64,000 bases of DNA from Candidatus Latescibacterota bacterium (GCA_965208835.1 OZ242358.1:128001-192000), one strand, 5' to 3'; positions 28,196 to 40,720 are shown, counted from the stretch's first letter. Numbers and translations are program-made. The notes: generated by a model from the letters alone, not told the origin.

Positions 28196-28540
28196 CTACG
28201 CCGGGGTGGCCGAGCCGTGGAGAAGACCCAGTTTTCCGAACGCAGCAATCAAATCGCTGCGCAGTTCCCGGAACCCTGCAGCGGCCGAACCATCGCCGAC
28301 GGATATCATGACCATATGACCCGTGCTGCGGTGCGGAGCCATTTCCCTGCAGATAGCACGAATTCGCCGCCGTGCACGATTTCGCGCAACAGCCTTTCCA
28401 AACCGTTTGCGCACGGAGATGAAGATGCGATCATCTACGGAATTACATACACGGACGTGCAACCAGCGGCCCCTGAATACCGTTCCGGTCCGTCGAAGAT
28501 GCTGGACCTCCCTGCGCAGACGGGCGCTTGGCCTGGGCAT
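28196..28540 (-). CDS. rnpA: Ribonuclease P protein component
   Basis: ISVRKRFGKAVARNRARRR (RNR motif); lies between rpmH and yidC. Confidence 0.88.
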   Translation of the reverse strand: MPRPSARLRREVQHLRRTGTVFRGRWLHVRVCNSVDDRIFISVRKRFGKAVARNRARRRIRAICREMAPHRSTGHMVMISVGDGSAAAGFRELRSDLIAAFGKLGLLHGSATPA

Positions 28541-28616
28541 ATCAGTGTCCTGTCCAACAATTATCCAACCATTCGGCCGCCGATTCAGGCAACCTGTTTC
28601 TGGGTCAGGACACGAG

Positions 28617-28751
28617 CTAGAGTGAGACCCGGACGCGGCCCTTGCGGCGGCGCCTGGAAAAGATCTGCCGTCCGCCAGGGGTTCGCATGCGATGGCGAAA
28701 ACCGTGTTTGTTCTTACGTTTCCGATTGCTGGGTTGAAACGTCCGCTTCAT
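28617..28751 (-). CDS. rpmH: 50S ribosomal protein L34
   Basis: Manual translation [44 protein letters not shown] (44 aa, below the ORF-track cutoff). Confidence 0.97.
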   Translation of the reverse strand: MKRTFQPSNRKRKNKHGFRHRMRTPGGRQIFSRRRRKGRVRVSL

Positions 28752-28819
28752 CAGGAAATGTCCCTGCGTTGCGCAATGAATGGCCGTCGTTGTATCTAAA
28801 TGAATTGTAGGAAGTTATG

Positions 28820-28848
28820 AATATAGACGGGGAAGGAATCTTTGTCAA
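28820..28848 (-). promoter_or_regulatory. sigma70 promoter of the rpmH operon
   Basis: Minus strand TTGACA-N17-TATATT. Confidence 0.7.
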
Positions 28849-29329
28849 GGGATTTCCTCGGCATCCTTACCTCCCTGTAAATGGCTACTATATATTGTAC
28901 TTATTGGAAGCTATACCCATTATAGAGTATTCCAATACGCTTGAACGACGCTCACAAGATTAGCTGAAAAATCTGCCAAAAAGCGCTTGACTTTTGCAAT
29001 TCGATTCTTTAGCTTGGCCCCATCCTGATCGCCGAGGCTGTTCCTTCGGCGGCTCCCCCGTATACTATATTCATACTCGATCTCGAATTTTTTGATGCGG
29101 CCGGTCAGGCACCGGCAGGACTTTGTATTGTCCGTTTGTGAGGAATTCACATGCAACTCTGCCGTGAATTCCGCCCCCCCAGAATATCTTCTGCAATACT
29201 CCCTCCATAGACGATCTTCTGGCTTCTGGCAGGGCTCGGCATACTTCCCCGCCAACTCTCTCAATATATAACAAATCGGGCTTAGCGGCGGCTCGGTTCC
29301 ATCGCTAACGTATGGGCGGTTTTGTCTCC

Positions 29330-30727
29330 ATGGTTGACAAACGTTCCGGCCTCTGGGACCAGTGTTTGCGGAAGATAGAGGGGAAGATCGAGGCGGATAC
29401 CTACGGAACATGGTTCGCCCAGACGTCCTCATCGCAGCTTGACGCCAAACTCGCCGTGATCGAAGTGCCAACCTCCTTTTTCGTAGACTGGCTGGAGGAG
29501 CATTGGCTTGATTTGATCCGGTCCACAATACAGGAGATCACATCCTGGATGCCGGAGATCAGGTTCTCGGTCAAGAAAAGCGCTCCTGTTTCCGCCGGGG
29601 CCCCACTCGATTTCTCGACGACCGACGAACCCGCTCCCGAGCCCCCAAAGGAACCAGCCGTTTCAGGGTCAGTATCAGAACCCGTATTCCCCCTGAATCC
29701 CCGATACCGATTTGCCGACTTCGTTGTCGGTGAGAGCAATCAATTCTCATTTACGGCGGCCAAAGCCGTAGCGGAGTCCCCTGGCGCGACATCCTTCAAT
29801 CCGCTGGTCATCTATAGCGGTGTAGGTCTCGGAAAAACGCACCTCCTGCAGGCAATTGCCGACTATTGCGTACGCAACGGCACGGCCAAACGCGTTGTGT
29901 ATACCTCCGCGGAGAGGTTCTTTACGGACTATCTGAAGGCTATCCGGAAGCAGGATACCTCAGCATACATCGAGATCTACAGAAACGCGGACATTCTACT
30001 GATTGACGATATTCAGTTCTACGTGAAGACCGAAGCATGCCAGCGCGAACTCCTTCATACGTTCAACACATTATATCAACTGAACAAACAGATCGTCCTG
30101 AGTTCGGACCGACCGCCGTCAACCCTGAAGGGATTCGAAGACAGGCTTATTTCAAGATTCCAGTGGGGTCTCGTTTCGGATATTGACACGCCGGATCTTG
30201 AAACGCGAATGGCGATCATCAATCAGAAGGCCGGCGATCATGGCGTACGCATTCCCCCGGAAGTAGCCCATTTCATGGCTGATCAGATAGATTCCAATAT
30301 CCGGGAACTGGAAGGCGCCCTCACTCAACTTATTACTTTTTCGGTATATAAACGCTCACCCATCTCCCTCGAAATCGCAAGGGATACCATAAAGAGTCTG
30401 GGGCGCGTAAAGACAATTACGTCGCCGGCAATCAGTATCCAGGAGATTCAGAAGCGTACCGCCGGCTACTTCAACATACCGGTGGAAATGTTGACCGGCG
30501 CCACGCGCAGGCAGGAAATCGCAACAGCACGGCATATCTGCATGTATCTTTGTCGAAGGCTTACACAGGCGCCCCTCAAGTCAATAGGCACTGAATTTGG
30601 AAACCGGGATCATACAACGGTTATACACGCATGCAAGAACATCGCCGCCAAACTATCAACGGATCCCGACTTCCAGGCTCTTGTCAGCCGGATCCAGAAC
30701 CGGGTTCAGCAGTTCGCTTCCGCCTGA
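29330..30727 (+). CDS. dnaA: Chromosomal replication initiator DnaA
   Basis: FVVGESN, NPLVIYSGVGLGKTHLL, DDIQF, RLISRF, SNIRELEGAL, RDHTTVIHA; alternative start at 29312. Confidence 0.98.
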   Translation: MVDKRSGLWDQCLRKIEGKIEADTYGTWFAQTSSSQLDAKLAVIEVPTSFFVDWLEEHWLDLIRSTIQEITSWMPEIRFSVKKSAPVSAGAPLDFSTTDEPAPEPPKEPAVSGSVSEPVFPLNPRYRFADFVVGESNQFSFTAAKAVAESPGATSFNPLVIYSGVGLGKTHLLQAIADYCVRNGTAKRVVYTSAERFFTDYLKAIRKQDTSAYIEIYRNADILLIDDIQFYVKTEACQRELLHTFNTLYQLNKQIVLSSDRPPSTLKGFEDRLISRFQWGLVSDIDTPDLETRMAIINQKAGDHGVRIPPEVAHFMADQIDSNIRELEGALTQLITFSVYKRSPISLEIARDTIKSLGRVKTITSPAISIQEIQKRTAGYFNIPVEMLTGATRRQEIATARHICMYLCRRLTQAPLKSIGTEFGNRDHTTVIHACKNIAAKLSTDPDFQALVSRIQNRVQQFASA

Positions 30728-30859
30728 CCATGGCCAGGGCTCGTTCCAGGGTCAGCGAGCATCGAACGTCTTGACAACTCTGGCAACGGAATGACTGCCC
30801 CTCGACTGCCGGTAGAAAGACCGATTCAGATTCTGAATCGGTCTTTTCTTTGTGTCGCT

Positions 30860-31260
30860 GCCCCGAAGATATCCACAAAGGATCCTGCGTATCGGCTTTA
30901 TAGTCTCTTTATTGATTATTCCATGATTACTTAAAAATAACTACTACATGGATCGGGGGAAGGTGGAAAACGTGGATTTTGGCCGTGTTTCCAGTGAAAA
31001 ACCCGATGGCTGGATTGTAGGAACGGTATGGAAAACATGGGTATATCCGGCGTGTTGTTCACGCTTTCGCAGCACGCGTTCAACCAGCCGTTCCGAATCC
31101 ACAAATTGCGCTGATAATTTTCCACAGGACCCGGTCCCGCATATTACGGAGTAAATTATCAACATATATAGAGCAAAACCAATTATTTGCGATCGATATT
31201 CGGAACATGACTCCGTGCGAAACTGCTCATATTGTTCACAACAGCGAATGTGGACAACTG
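30860..31260. other. Predicted oriC (dnaA-dnaN intergenic region)
   Basis: DnaA-box matches: ATATCCACA 30869, GGTGGAAAA 30962, TATGGAAAA 31027, GAATCCACA 31095, TTTTCCACA 31118, TTATCAACA 31156, TTGTTCACA 31232, TGTGGACAA 31249; AT-rich DUE-like tract 30898-30948 containing TAACTACTAC. Confidence 0.82.
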
Positions 31261-31518
31261 TGTCCGAATGAAGGATCTCGCGCTTTTCGGAGGACAACCT
31301 CTCCGGGCCGCCCCGGGGGACATCTGACCGGTGCCTCGGAGCCACATGGAATCCACCCGGAAATCCGCTCGGTCACCTCCTGTTCGCAAGGGAAACAGCG
31401 GCCGATGTCCGGGGGTCTGTACAGTGCCTTTGGTGAGCCTGAAACCAGGATCCTCGCGGCACCGTAACGCGCGTTCGACGGGTGGCGTTCCGAAGGACCT
31501 CCAAAAAGACAATAAACA

Positions 31519-31547
31519 TTGACAAATTCGTAAAAAATCAGTATATT
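31519..31547 (+). promoter_or_regulatory. sigma70 promoter of dnaN
   Basis: TTGACA-N17-TATATT. Confidence 0.7.
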
Positions 31548-31666
31548 ACGTCATAGTAACGTGTGGCCGACCAAGCCTTTTTTTTTTTGATGAATTCAAT
31601 CCCTGAATTTCAACCGGATTCTGGTGGAGCAACGTCGTTGGAGCACGTGTTCCCGGGAGACATAAA

Positions 31667-32866
31667 ATGAAGTTGGTTATTGAGCAGGAAATGCTCATAT
31701 GGGGCATCAACTCGGTGCTGGATATCGTCCCGTCGAAAACAGCCCTCCCGGTGCTGTCGAATATACTCGTTGGAACCAACGAAAGCGGGAAAGTGTGCCT
31801 CACCGCCACGGATCTCGATATTTCCATCATCTGTATGCTTGAGGGATCCGTGGAAACGCAGGGAACGACCACGGTGCCGGCGCGTAAGTTCGCCGAGATC
31901 GTGCGGGAATTGCCCGAGGGTCCCGTTGTTCTCACCGAAGCATCGGGGCGCGTGACGATTCAGTGTCAATCAGGCCTGGAAGGATCGTACGGGCTCATGT
32001 CGGCGCCATCCGAAGACTTTCCTGAACTACCCGACGAAATCGAGGGCCCGGAGATGGTTTTCGATAACGGAGAAGATGCGACCGAGGGTAGCGGCGAAGG
32101 TCCGTTGTTGCGGGACATGATATTGAAGACGTCGTTTGCCGTATCCAGAGATGAAACCAGACCTGTCCTGAACGGCGTGTTCTGGAGAGTTGGGGGCGGC
32201 CGGACGACCATGGTCGCCACGGACGGCGCAAGGCTGGTCAGATACTCCAGGACGCTCTCTCGTTCCGGCGAGGAGGAAGTCTCAACCGAAGCAATCGTTC
32301 CCACGCGGGCGCTGAACCATCTGGTGAAGCTGGATTCCGCCGGATGCAGCCTGGGCCGGGTACTGTTCGGTCAGAATCACCTCGTGTTCGATCTGCAGGC
32401 GGCCAATGGCTCCGAGACGGGCGCAGGGGGCGCCATACGTCTGTTTTCCCGTCTCGTCGAAGGGCCCTATGTAGACTACGAACAGGTGATCCCACAAGAC
32501 AATGCCACCAGAATGAAGGTGCCCAACGACCAGTTCATGCCTGCCGTCCGACGGGTCTCGATCCTTTCCAGTGCGCAGACGCACCAGGTCCGGCTGGAAA
32601 TGAACAACGACCGCGTTGTACTCTCGGCCTCGAGCCAGGAGATTGGGGGCGAGGCCCGCGAGGAGCTGGAAGCCGAATACAGCGGGAACGAAATGGTGGT
32701 CGGTTACAATTCGAACTATCTCCTCGATATTCTCAGGCGTATCGACTCCGAGCAGGTATTGTTCGAGCTGGACGGGCCTATGGCCGCGGGGATCATCCGC
32801 CCGGCAGAGCAGCCGGAAGGTGAAGACTACCTGTGCCTGCTGATGCCGCTGCGGATAAACGACTGA
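31667..32866 (+). CDS. dnaN: DNA polymerase III beta sliding clamp
   Basis: LPVLSNIL, TATDLD, SRDETRPVLNGV, VATDG, SRLVEGPY, C-terminal LLMPLR. Confidence 0.97.
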   Translation: MKLVIEQEMLIWGINSVLDIVPSKTALPVLSNILVGTNESGKVCLTATDLDISIICMLEGSVETQGTTTVPARKFAEIVRELPEGPVVLTEASGRVTIQCQSGLEGSYGLMSAPSEDFPELPDEIEGPEMVFDNGEDATEGSGEGPLLRDMILKTSFAVSRDETRPVLNGVFWRVGGGRTTMVATDGARLVRYSRTLSRSGEEEVSTEAIVPTRALNHLVKLDSAGCSLGRVLFGQNHLVFDLQAANGSETGAGGAIRLFSRLVEGPYVDYEQVIPQDNATRMKVPNDQFMPAVRRVSILSSAQTHQVRLEMNNDRVVLSASSQEIGGEAREELEAEYSGNEMVVGYNSNYLLDILRRIDSEQVLFELDGPMAAGIIRPAEQPEGEDYLCLLMPLRIND

Positions 32867-32879
32867 TGGGCGAAGGGTT

Positions 32880-33962
32880 TTGTTCCTTACGGCGCTCAAG
32901 CTTGTCAACTATCGAAATTTCGATGCCGTCGACCTTGAGTTTCCGGGCCGGAAGACCGCGGTTTGCGCCGAAAACGGCGCGGGCAAGTCGAACCTTCTGG
33001 AAGCCATATACTTCCTTGCCATAGCCAGGTCCGGTCGGGGCTCGAGAGACAGGGACGTCGTCCGGTGGGGGGCGGAATACTTCAGCATTGAGGCGTCCAT
33101 TGCCTATGAAGACCGCTCGAGGTCGATCCGAATCGCGTTCGATCGACGCGCGGGTAAAAAAAGGGCGCTTCTGGATACAGCCCCACTCCCCCGCCTGTCG
33201 AGCCTTGTCGGCACGTTTAACGCCGTTCTGTTCTTCCCGGAAGATGTAGACCTGGTCTTGCGGGATCCCCCCCAGCGTCGCCGTCTCCTGGACATCCTTG
33301 TTTCTCAGTGCAAGACCTCCTATCTGTCCGATCTGGATCAATACCGTCGTGTACTGGCCCAGAGAAACTGGCTGCTGAAAGAACGTCAGGGAAAGGCGCC
33401 GGATGCCCGCCAACTCGCGCCCTGGGACGTTCAACTGGCTGCGCTCGGGGCGCGGATCATTCGCGACAGGCTGGACGCGCTGGACGCGATGAAGCCCGCA
33501 ATCGATGAATATTATCGACAGATTTCGACGGGAAAGGAACAGATCGGGTCCGTTTATCGAAGTCCCGTGAAGGCAGACGAACGAGACCGCGGTCAGCAGA
33601 TTCTGGAGTCCGAACTGAAGCAACGGCGGGCGGACGAAGCGGATCTGGGCTACACGCTGGTCGGCCCGCACAGGGACAACCTGGTTTTCACGCTGGATAG
33701 CCGAAGCGCGCACAAATTCGCATCCAAGGGTCAGCTCAAGAGCATTCTGTTGGCCTGGAAGCTCGCGGAGGCCGCGTATCTGGAGTGCCACACCGGCCAT
33801 TTCCCGGTGCTGCTGATGGACGACGTCTTCGCGGAGTTGGACCGACACCGATCAGAAGCGGCTATGGAGCTGGTCACTTCATTCGGACAGGTGTTCATCA
33901 CCGCCGCGCGCGAATTCGGAGACAATTTCGAAGATCGAGGATTTCAAGGGGTGACAATATAG
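32880..33962 (+). CDS. recF: DNA replication/repair protein RecF
   Basis: NYRN, ENGAGKSNLLEAIY, RRRLLD, GPHRD, SKGQ, LLMDDVFAELD. Confidence 0.95.
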   Translation: MFLTALKLVNYRNFDAVDLEFPGRKTAVCAENGAGKSNLLEAIYFLAIARSGRGSRDRDVVRWGAEYFSIEASIAYEDRSRSIRIAFDRRAGKKRALLDTAPLPRLSSLVGTFNAVLFFPEDVDLVLRDPPQRRRLLDILVSQCKTSYLSDLDQYRRVLAQRNWLLKERQGKAPDARQLAPWDVQLAALGARIIRDRLDALDAMKPAIDEYYRQISTGKEQIGSVYRSPVKADERDRGQQILESELKQRRADEADLGYTLVGPHRDNLVFTLDSRSAHKFASKGQLKSILLAWKLAEAAYLECHTGHFPVLLMDDVFAELDRHRSEAAMELVTSFGQVFITAAREFGDNFEDRGFQGVTI

Positions 33963-34066
33963 CGCGCAAGGCGCCTGTGCAAAGGCGACCCGCGCAATGA
34001 CACCGCGGCGAGACGGGATGAATCTGCGATCGATTGGTTAGGCATTTTCGGGACGGAACACGACAA

Positions 34067-34408
34067 ATGGGGTCCTTTCAAGAAATCGGTAGCCGGACGC
34101 ACCGGACCGGCGCAGGCACCGTTACGCTGCGAGAGGCTCTGGGGGAGGCCGTACGCGCGCTGGGCATCGGGAAGAAGCTGCTGGAGCAGCGCGCGTTGAT
34201 GCTATTGCCGGAATTGATAGACGAACTTACTGGGGGCTTGCCGGACCCAATGGCCCGACCGGCCGAGATTCGCCGGGGCGAACTCGTCATCTGGATCAGA
34301 CAGGACGCCGTGCGTCACCGGCTGTCGATCGAACGACACCGTATAAAGTCCAGGTTGAACGAGACGCTGGGACGGGAGGTCGTTACTTCCATCCGTTTCG
34401 GCAGGTGA
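34067..34408 (+). CDS. DUF721 / DciA-like protein
   Basis: Position between recF and gyrB; GELVIW...RHRLSIER...RLNETLGREVVTSIRF pattern. Confidence 0.7.
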   Translation: MGSFQEIGSRTHRTGAGTVTLREALGEAVRALGIGKKLLEQRALMLLPELIDELTGGLPDPMARPAEIRRGELVIWIRQDAVRHRLSIERHRIKSRLNETLGREVVTSIRFGR

Positions 34409-36400
<1,992 letters not shown>

Positions 36401-36471
36401 ACGCGTATGGCGCCTGTTCCTGCAGACCGCCGGGTCGGGCGCCTAAATGACAAATACGGGAGATACGAAGC

Positions 36472-38958
36472 ATGATGAGCGCTCGGCAGCGGATTGTCCC
36501 GATGGACATCGGCGATGAACTGAAGAAGTCGATGCTGGACTACTCCATGAGCACGCTGGTGAATCGTGCGTTGCCGGATGTGCGTGACGGACTGAAACCC
36601 TCGCAGCGGCGCATCCTCATTGCAATGAACGACCTGAGCCTGGGGCCCACGCGACAACACAGGAAATGCGCCAACATCGCCGGGCATACGTCCGGAAACT
36701 ACCACCCTCACGGCGAGGAAATCGTCTACCCGACGCTGGTCAACCTGGCGCAGGACTTCAAGCTGCGCTATCCGCTCGTGGACGGGCAGGGTAATTTCGG
36801 CTCGATCGACGGGTATCCTCCGGCGGCCATGCGGTATACCGAGGCGAGGATGTCCGGCGCGGGAAGCGAGATGCTGCAGGATCTCGACAAGGACACGGTT
36901 GATTTCAACCCGAATTACGACGAGCGGCTTGAAGAACCCGCCGTCCTGCCATCGCGTTTTCCGAACATGCTCTGCAACGGAGCCGTGGGAATCGCCGTGA
37001 CGATGGCGACGGCGATCCCGCCCCACAACCTCCGCGAAGTGGTCGCCGGACTGGTGGCTTTAATCGACAACCCCGACCTGGAAGTCATGGACCTCATGGA
37101 ATACATCAAAGGTCCGGACTTCCCCACCGGTGGTGTAATTTACGGGATGAGCGGCGTGCTGGACGCCTACCGTACCGGCCGCGGGTTGATCCGGGTGCGG
37201 GCGACCGCCACGGTGGAGTCCTTGAAGAACGGGCGCGAGAACATCGTCATAACTGAAATCCCGTATATGGTAGCCAAGGCCACGCTGCTGGAAAAGATGG
37301 CCGACCTGGTTCGGGAGAAGCGGGTCGAAGGGATATCCAATATTCGTGACGAATCCGACCGGAAGGGTATGCGGGTTGTCGTGGAACTGAAGCAGGACGC
37401 CTACAGCGAGGTGGTCCTGAACCAGCTGTACAAACATACACAGCTGGAAAGCACGTTCGGCGCCAATATGATTGCGCTGGTGGACCGGCAGCCCAGGCAG
37501 CTGAACCTGAAAGAGCTGCTCCAGCACTATATCGATCACCGGCACGACGTGGTGGTACGGCGCACCTCGTTCGAGCTCCAGGTGGCGGAAGACCGCGCGC
37601 ACATCCTCGAGGGCTTGAGAATCGCGCTGGATGCGATAGAGGAGGTCATTCAAATCGTCAGGGGGGCAGCGGACCCGGATGCCGCCCGGACGGTCCTGAT
37701 GGAACGGCTGTCCCTGTCCGAAAGGCAGGCACAGGCGGTATTGACGATGACCATACAGCGGCTGACGGGACTCGAACACCGCAAGATCGAAGAAGAATAC
37801 GAGGCCCTGGTCGAGGAGATCACGCGGCTCAAGTCGATCCTGGACAGCAGGCAGGAGCGAATGGAGCTTGTAAGGTCGGAACTGTCGGAAGTTGAGGCGA
37901 AGTACGGGGACGAACGACGGTCCAGCATCGTTCTGTCCGCGTCGGAGTTCAACATCGAAGACCTGATCGCCGACGAGGACATGGTCATCACCATCTCCCA
38001 TCAGGGATACATCAAACGAATCCCGGTGGACACCTACCGGCAGCAGCGCAGGGGCGGCCGCGGTGTGACGGGGATGCGGACCAAGGAAGAGGATTTCGTG
38101 GAACACCTCTTCATCGCCTCCACCCACAGCTACATTCTGTTTCTGACGGATCGGGGTCACTGTCATTGGTTGAAGGTACACGAGATACCCGAAGGCGGTC
38201 GTGTTGCCCGAGGGCGTCCGGTGGTCAACCTGATCGAGATCGGAGAGGGTCACAAGGTGGCCGCCATCGTGCCGGTCAGAGCGTTTGAGGACGGGCGTTA
38301 TCTGATGAAGGTGACGCGCAACGGACTGGTCAAGAAGACAGTCCTGCCGGCGTACAGCCGGCCCCGGCGCGCCGGGATCATCGCGATGAATATCCTCGAT
38401 GACGACCGGTTGATCGGAGCCGAAGTCACGAACGGATCACAGGAAATCGTGTTGGCAACCCGATACGGTCAGGCGATCCGGTTTCACGAACACGACGTGC
38501 GCGATATGGGCCGCGGCACCCGGGGGGTGCGGGGAATTTCCCTCGAAGATGAAGACGAAGTGGTGTGCATGGTGGTGGTACAGGACGTCGACAGCACGCT
38601 GCTTACGGTCTCCGCGAAGGGATACGGCAAGCGGACGGGGGTATCGGATTACCGGCTGACACGCCGCGGCGGCAAGGGCGTGATCAACATCAGGACAACC
38701 GATCGGAACGGTAAGGTGGTGGCGGTGAGGGGTGTGGAGGACGAGGATGAACTGATGATCGTGACTCTGAACGGCATCCTGATCCGCCAGCCGATCCACG
38801 AAATCAGTTCGATTGGAAGGAATACGCAGGGCGTGCGCCTCATCAACCTTGACGAGGAAGACCGGGTGATTGACGTAGCGCGCGTGATTTCCCCGAATAA
38901 CGGGGATGTATCGGAAGGGATTCCGCCGGAGACCGGCCCCAATGGCGACGTGCAATAG
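36472..38958 (+). CDS. gyrA: DNA gyrase subunit A
   Basis: RALPDVRDGLKP, YHPHG, catalytic AAMRYTE, GyrA-box QRRGGRG, CTD blades. Confidence 0.98.
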   Translation: MMSARQRIVPMDIGDELKKSMLDYSMSTLVNRALPDVRDGLKPSQRRILIAMNDLSLGPTRQHRKCANIAGHTSGNYHPHGEEIVYPTLVNLAQDFKLRYPLVDGQGNFGSIDGYPPAAMRYTEARMSGAGSEMLQDLDKDTVDFNPNYDERLEEPAVLPSRFPNMLCNGAVGIAVTMATAIPPHNLREVVAGLVALIDNPDLEVMDLMEYIKGPDFPTGGVIYGMSGVLDAYRTGRGLIRVRATATVESLKNGRENIVITEIPYMVAKATLLEKMADLVREKRVEGISNIRDESDRKGMRVVVELKQDAYSEVVLNQLYKHTQLESTFGANMIALVDRQPRQLNLKELLQHYIDHRHDVVVRRTSFELQVAEDRAHILEGLRIALDAIEEVIQIVRGAADPDAARTVLMERLSLSERQAQAVLTMTIQRLTGLEHRKIEEEYEALVEEITRLKSILDSRQERMELVRSELSEVEAKYGDERRSSIVLSASEFNIEDLIADEDMVITISHQGYIKRIPVDTYRQQRRGGRGVTGMRTKEEDFVEHLFIASTHSYILFLTDRGHCHWLKVHEIPEGGRVARGRPVVNLIEIGEGHKVAAIVPVRAFEDGRYLMKVTRNGLVKKTVLPAYSRPRRAGIIAMNILDDDRLIGAEVTNGSQEIVLATRYGQAIRFHEHDVRDMGRGTRGVRGISLEDEDEVVCMVVVQDVDSTLLTVSAKGYGKRTGVSDYRLTRRGGKGVINIRTTDRNGKVVAVRGVEDEDELMIVTLNGILIRQPIHEISSIGRNTQGVRLINLDEEDRVIDVARVISPNNGDVSEGIPPETGPNGDVQ

Positions 38959-38989
38959 CCGCGGGGGCCGTGTTCCACAATCGCTTTTT

Positions 38990-40297
38990 CTACAGCGCTT
39001 CGATGCGAAGGATCTGCGGCGGCTCGGTGATTACCGATAGCCGATTGATTTGCTGAACCGCCGTACGCATGCTGGCTTCGCGAGCCTCGTGCGTGGTCAT
39101 GATGAGCGGCACGGTTCCCTGCTCGGTTTCGGACCGGCCGTGCTGGATTACGGTCGCGATGCTGATCTTCTGTTCGGAAAAGATGCGGGCGATCCGGGCG
39201 AGTACGCCGGGTTGATCGTATACGGTGAATCGGCAGTAAAAGCTGGTTTCGACCTCTTCGGGAGGGATGGCGTTTGCCCGGGGCAGGTCGGCGAGCGCCG
39301 GGCGGCCCACGGTCCGACCCGTCAGTCGGCGTTCGGCCAGGTCCAGCAGATCGGATACAACGGCGCTGGCTGTGGGCATTTGACCTGCGCCCCGACCGTA
39401 GAACACCTGAGGTCCCGCGGCATTCCCCACGATCTCCACGGCGTTGAATTCATCCTTGATATTCGCCAGCAGCGCCCCGGAAGGCACCAGTACGGGGTGG
39501 ACGCGGGCTTCAATCCGGTCTTGCATCGCTTTCGCAATGGCCAGAAGCTTAATGGTATATCCGAGTTCCCTGGCGAAGTCGATATCCAGTGTAGAAACGT
39601 GCGAGATGCCCTCTTTAAGGATGTTCGAGGGATCCAGGCTGACGCGGAAGGCGATGCGGCACAGGAGGGCGAGCTTCTGGGCGACGTCCGTGCCGTCGAT
39701 ATCCATTGCAGGATCCGCTTCGGCGAACCCCTTTTCCTGGGCCTCGCCGAGAATGGCTTGAAAGTCTCCGCCATCATCCGCCATCCTGGTAAGGATGTAA
39801 TTGGTGGTACCGTTGAGAATCCCGTAGATGGACTGAATCCGGTTCGCGGCCAAGCCGTCCGTCAGCGATCGGATGATAGGAATGCCGCCGCATACGCTGG
39901 CTTCATAGCCGATGTTTGCGCCATTGCGCGCGGCGGCGCTGAACAGGTCGTTTCCGTGCTCGGCGAGGAGGGCCTTGTTGGCGGTGGCCAGGTCTTTGCC
40001 GTTCTCGAGCGCTTTCAGGCAGAGGTCCCTGGCGGGGTCGAGCCCTCCCATCACTTCCACTACGATCTGGATATCCGGATCGTCAATGACCTCGCTGGCC
40101 CGGTCGGTGAGGATTTCAACGGGCAGATCACAATCGCGCGATTTGGAGGCGTCGTTCACGGCAATCCGCCTCAAGTCGAACGCGACGCCGCGAATCGAGC
40201 TGAAGTAATCCGCACGCTGTCTGAGGATGCGTACGACGCCTGCGCCGACGACGCCCAGGCCGATGAGACCGATACCGATCGGACGGTGGTTGGACAT
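38990..40297 (-). CDS. hom: Homoserine dehydrogenase with C-terminal ACT domain
   Basis: GLGVVG, TANK, EASVCGGIP, NGTTNYIL, GFAEADP, GRGAG, DQPGVLA. Start set at ATG 40297; the longer ORF runs into a MITE. Confidence 0.95.
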   Translation of the reverse strand: MSNHRPIGIGLIGLGVVGAGVVRILRQRADYFSSIRGVAFDLRRIAVNDASKSRDCDLPVEILTDRASEVIDDPDIQIVVEVMGGLDPARDLCLKALENGKDLATANKALLAEHGNDLFSAAARNGANIGYEASVCGGIPIIRSLTDGLAANRIQSIYGILNGTTNYILTRMADDGGDFQAILGEAQEKGFAEADPAMDIDGTDVAQKLALLCRIAFRVSLDPSNILKEGISHVSTLDIDFARELGYTIKLLAIAKAMQDRIEARVHPVLVPSGALLANIKDEFNAVEIVGNAAGPQVFYGRGAGQMPTASAVVSDLLDLAERRLTGRTVGRPALADLPRANAIPPEEVETSFYCRFTVYDQPGVLARIARIFSEQKISIATVIQHGRSETEQGTVPLIMTTHEAREASMRTAVQQINRLSVITEPPQILRIEAL

Positions 40298-40390
40298 GCT
40301 TGAACCCATGCTGCATGAACATGCATTGTAATGTTTAACCGAAGCTCGTTTCCGCCGCGGAATCGAGCCCGGTACCGGTACGAAATCTAG

Positions 40391-40549
40391 CAGCCCGTTG
40401 AAAAAGACCATCCGGGCTGCGGCCGGCCCTTGCGGTCGAATCCTGCGTTGCGCGCCCTCGCCGAATCGCAGGATGGGACTCGGTTGCGCGCCTTGTCTTC
40501 GGCCACAATGGCTCGGCCTCGCCTGCAGAGCGACTTTATCAACGGACTG
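40391..40549. mobile_element. MITE family B with CTAG target duplication
   Basis: CTAG|CAGCCCGTTGAAAAAG ... TTTATCAACGGACTG|CTAG. Confidence 0.88.
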
Positions 40550-40643
40550 CTAGGCAACGGACCAATATAAGACAAAGGGCAGTCGGAGGCAAGGAGGGAC
40601 ACCCGACGAAGCGCGCGCCGGCGTGGCATTTGCCTGAAAAGGC

Positions 40644-40672
40644 TTGACAGTATCGGGGGGCTATGTTATCTT
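40644..40672 (+). promoter_or_regulatory. sigma70 promoter of tRNA-Asp
   Basis: TTGACA-N17-TATCTT with extended -10 TG. Confidence 0.72.
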
Positions 40673-40720
40673 TACAATCGCCCGAAATGCAGGAGATCCG
40701 GGCGTTTGTTCCAGCGATGC

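Noticed and set aside
28920-29528. 202-aa minus-strand ORF between rpmH and dnaA
   Set aside because: Overlaps the dnaA 5' end antisense, has no recognisable motif or RBS, and the region is better explained as divergent promoter DNA.
31370-31500. Possible riboswitch or ncRNA upstream of the dnaN promoter
   Set aside because: No recognisable Rfam consensus, only short GC-rich stems, and it lies upstream of the predicted promoter.
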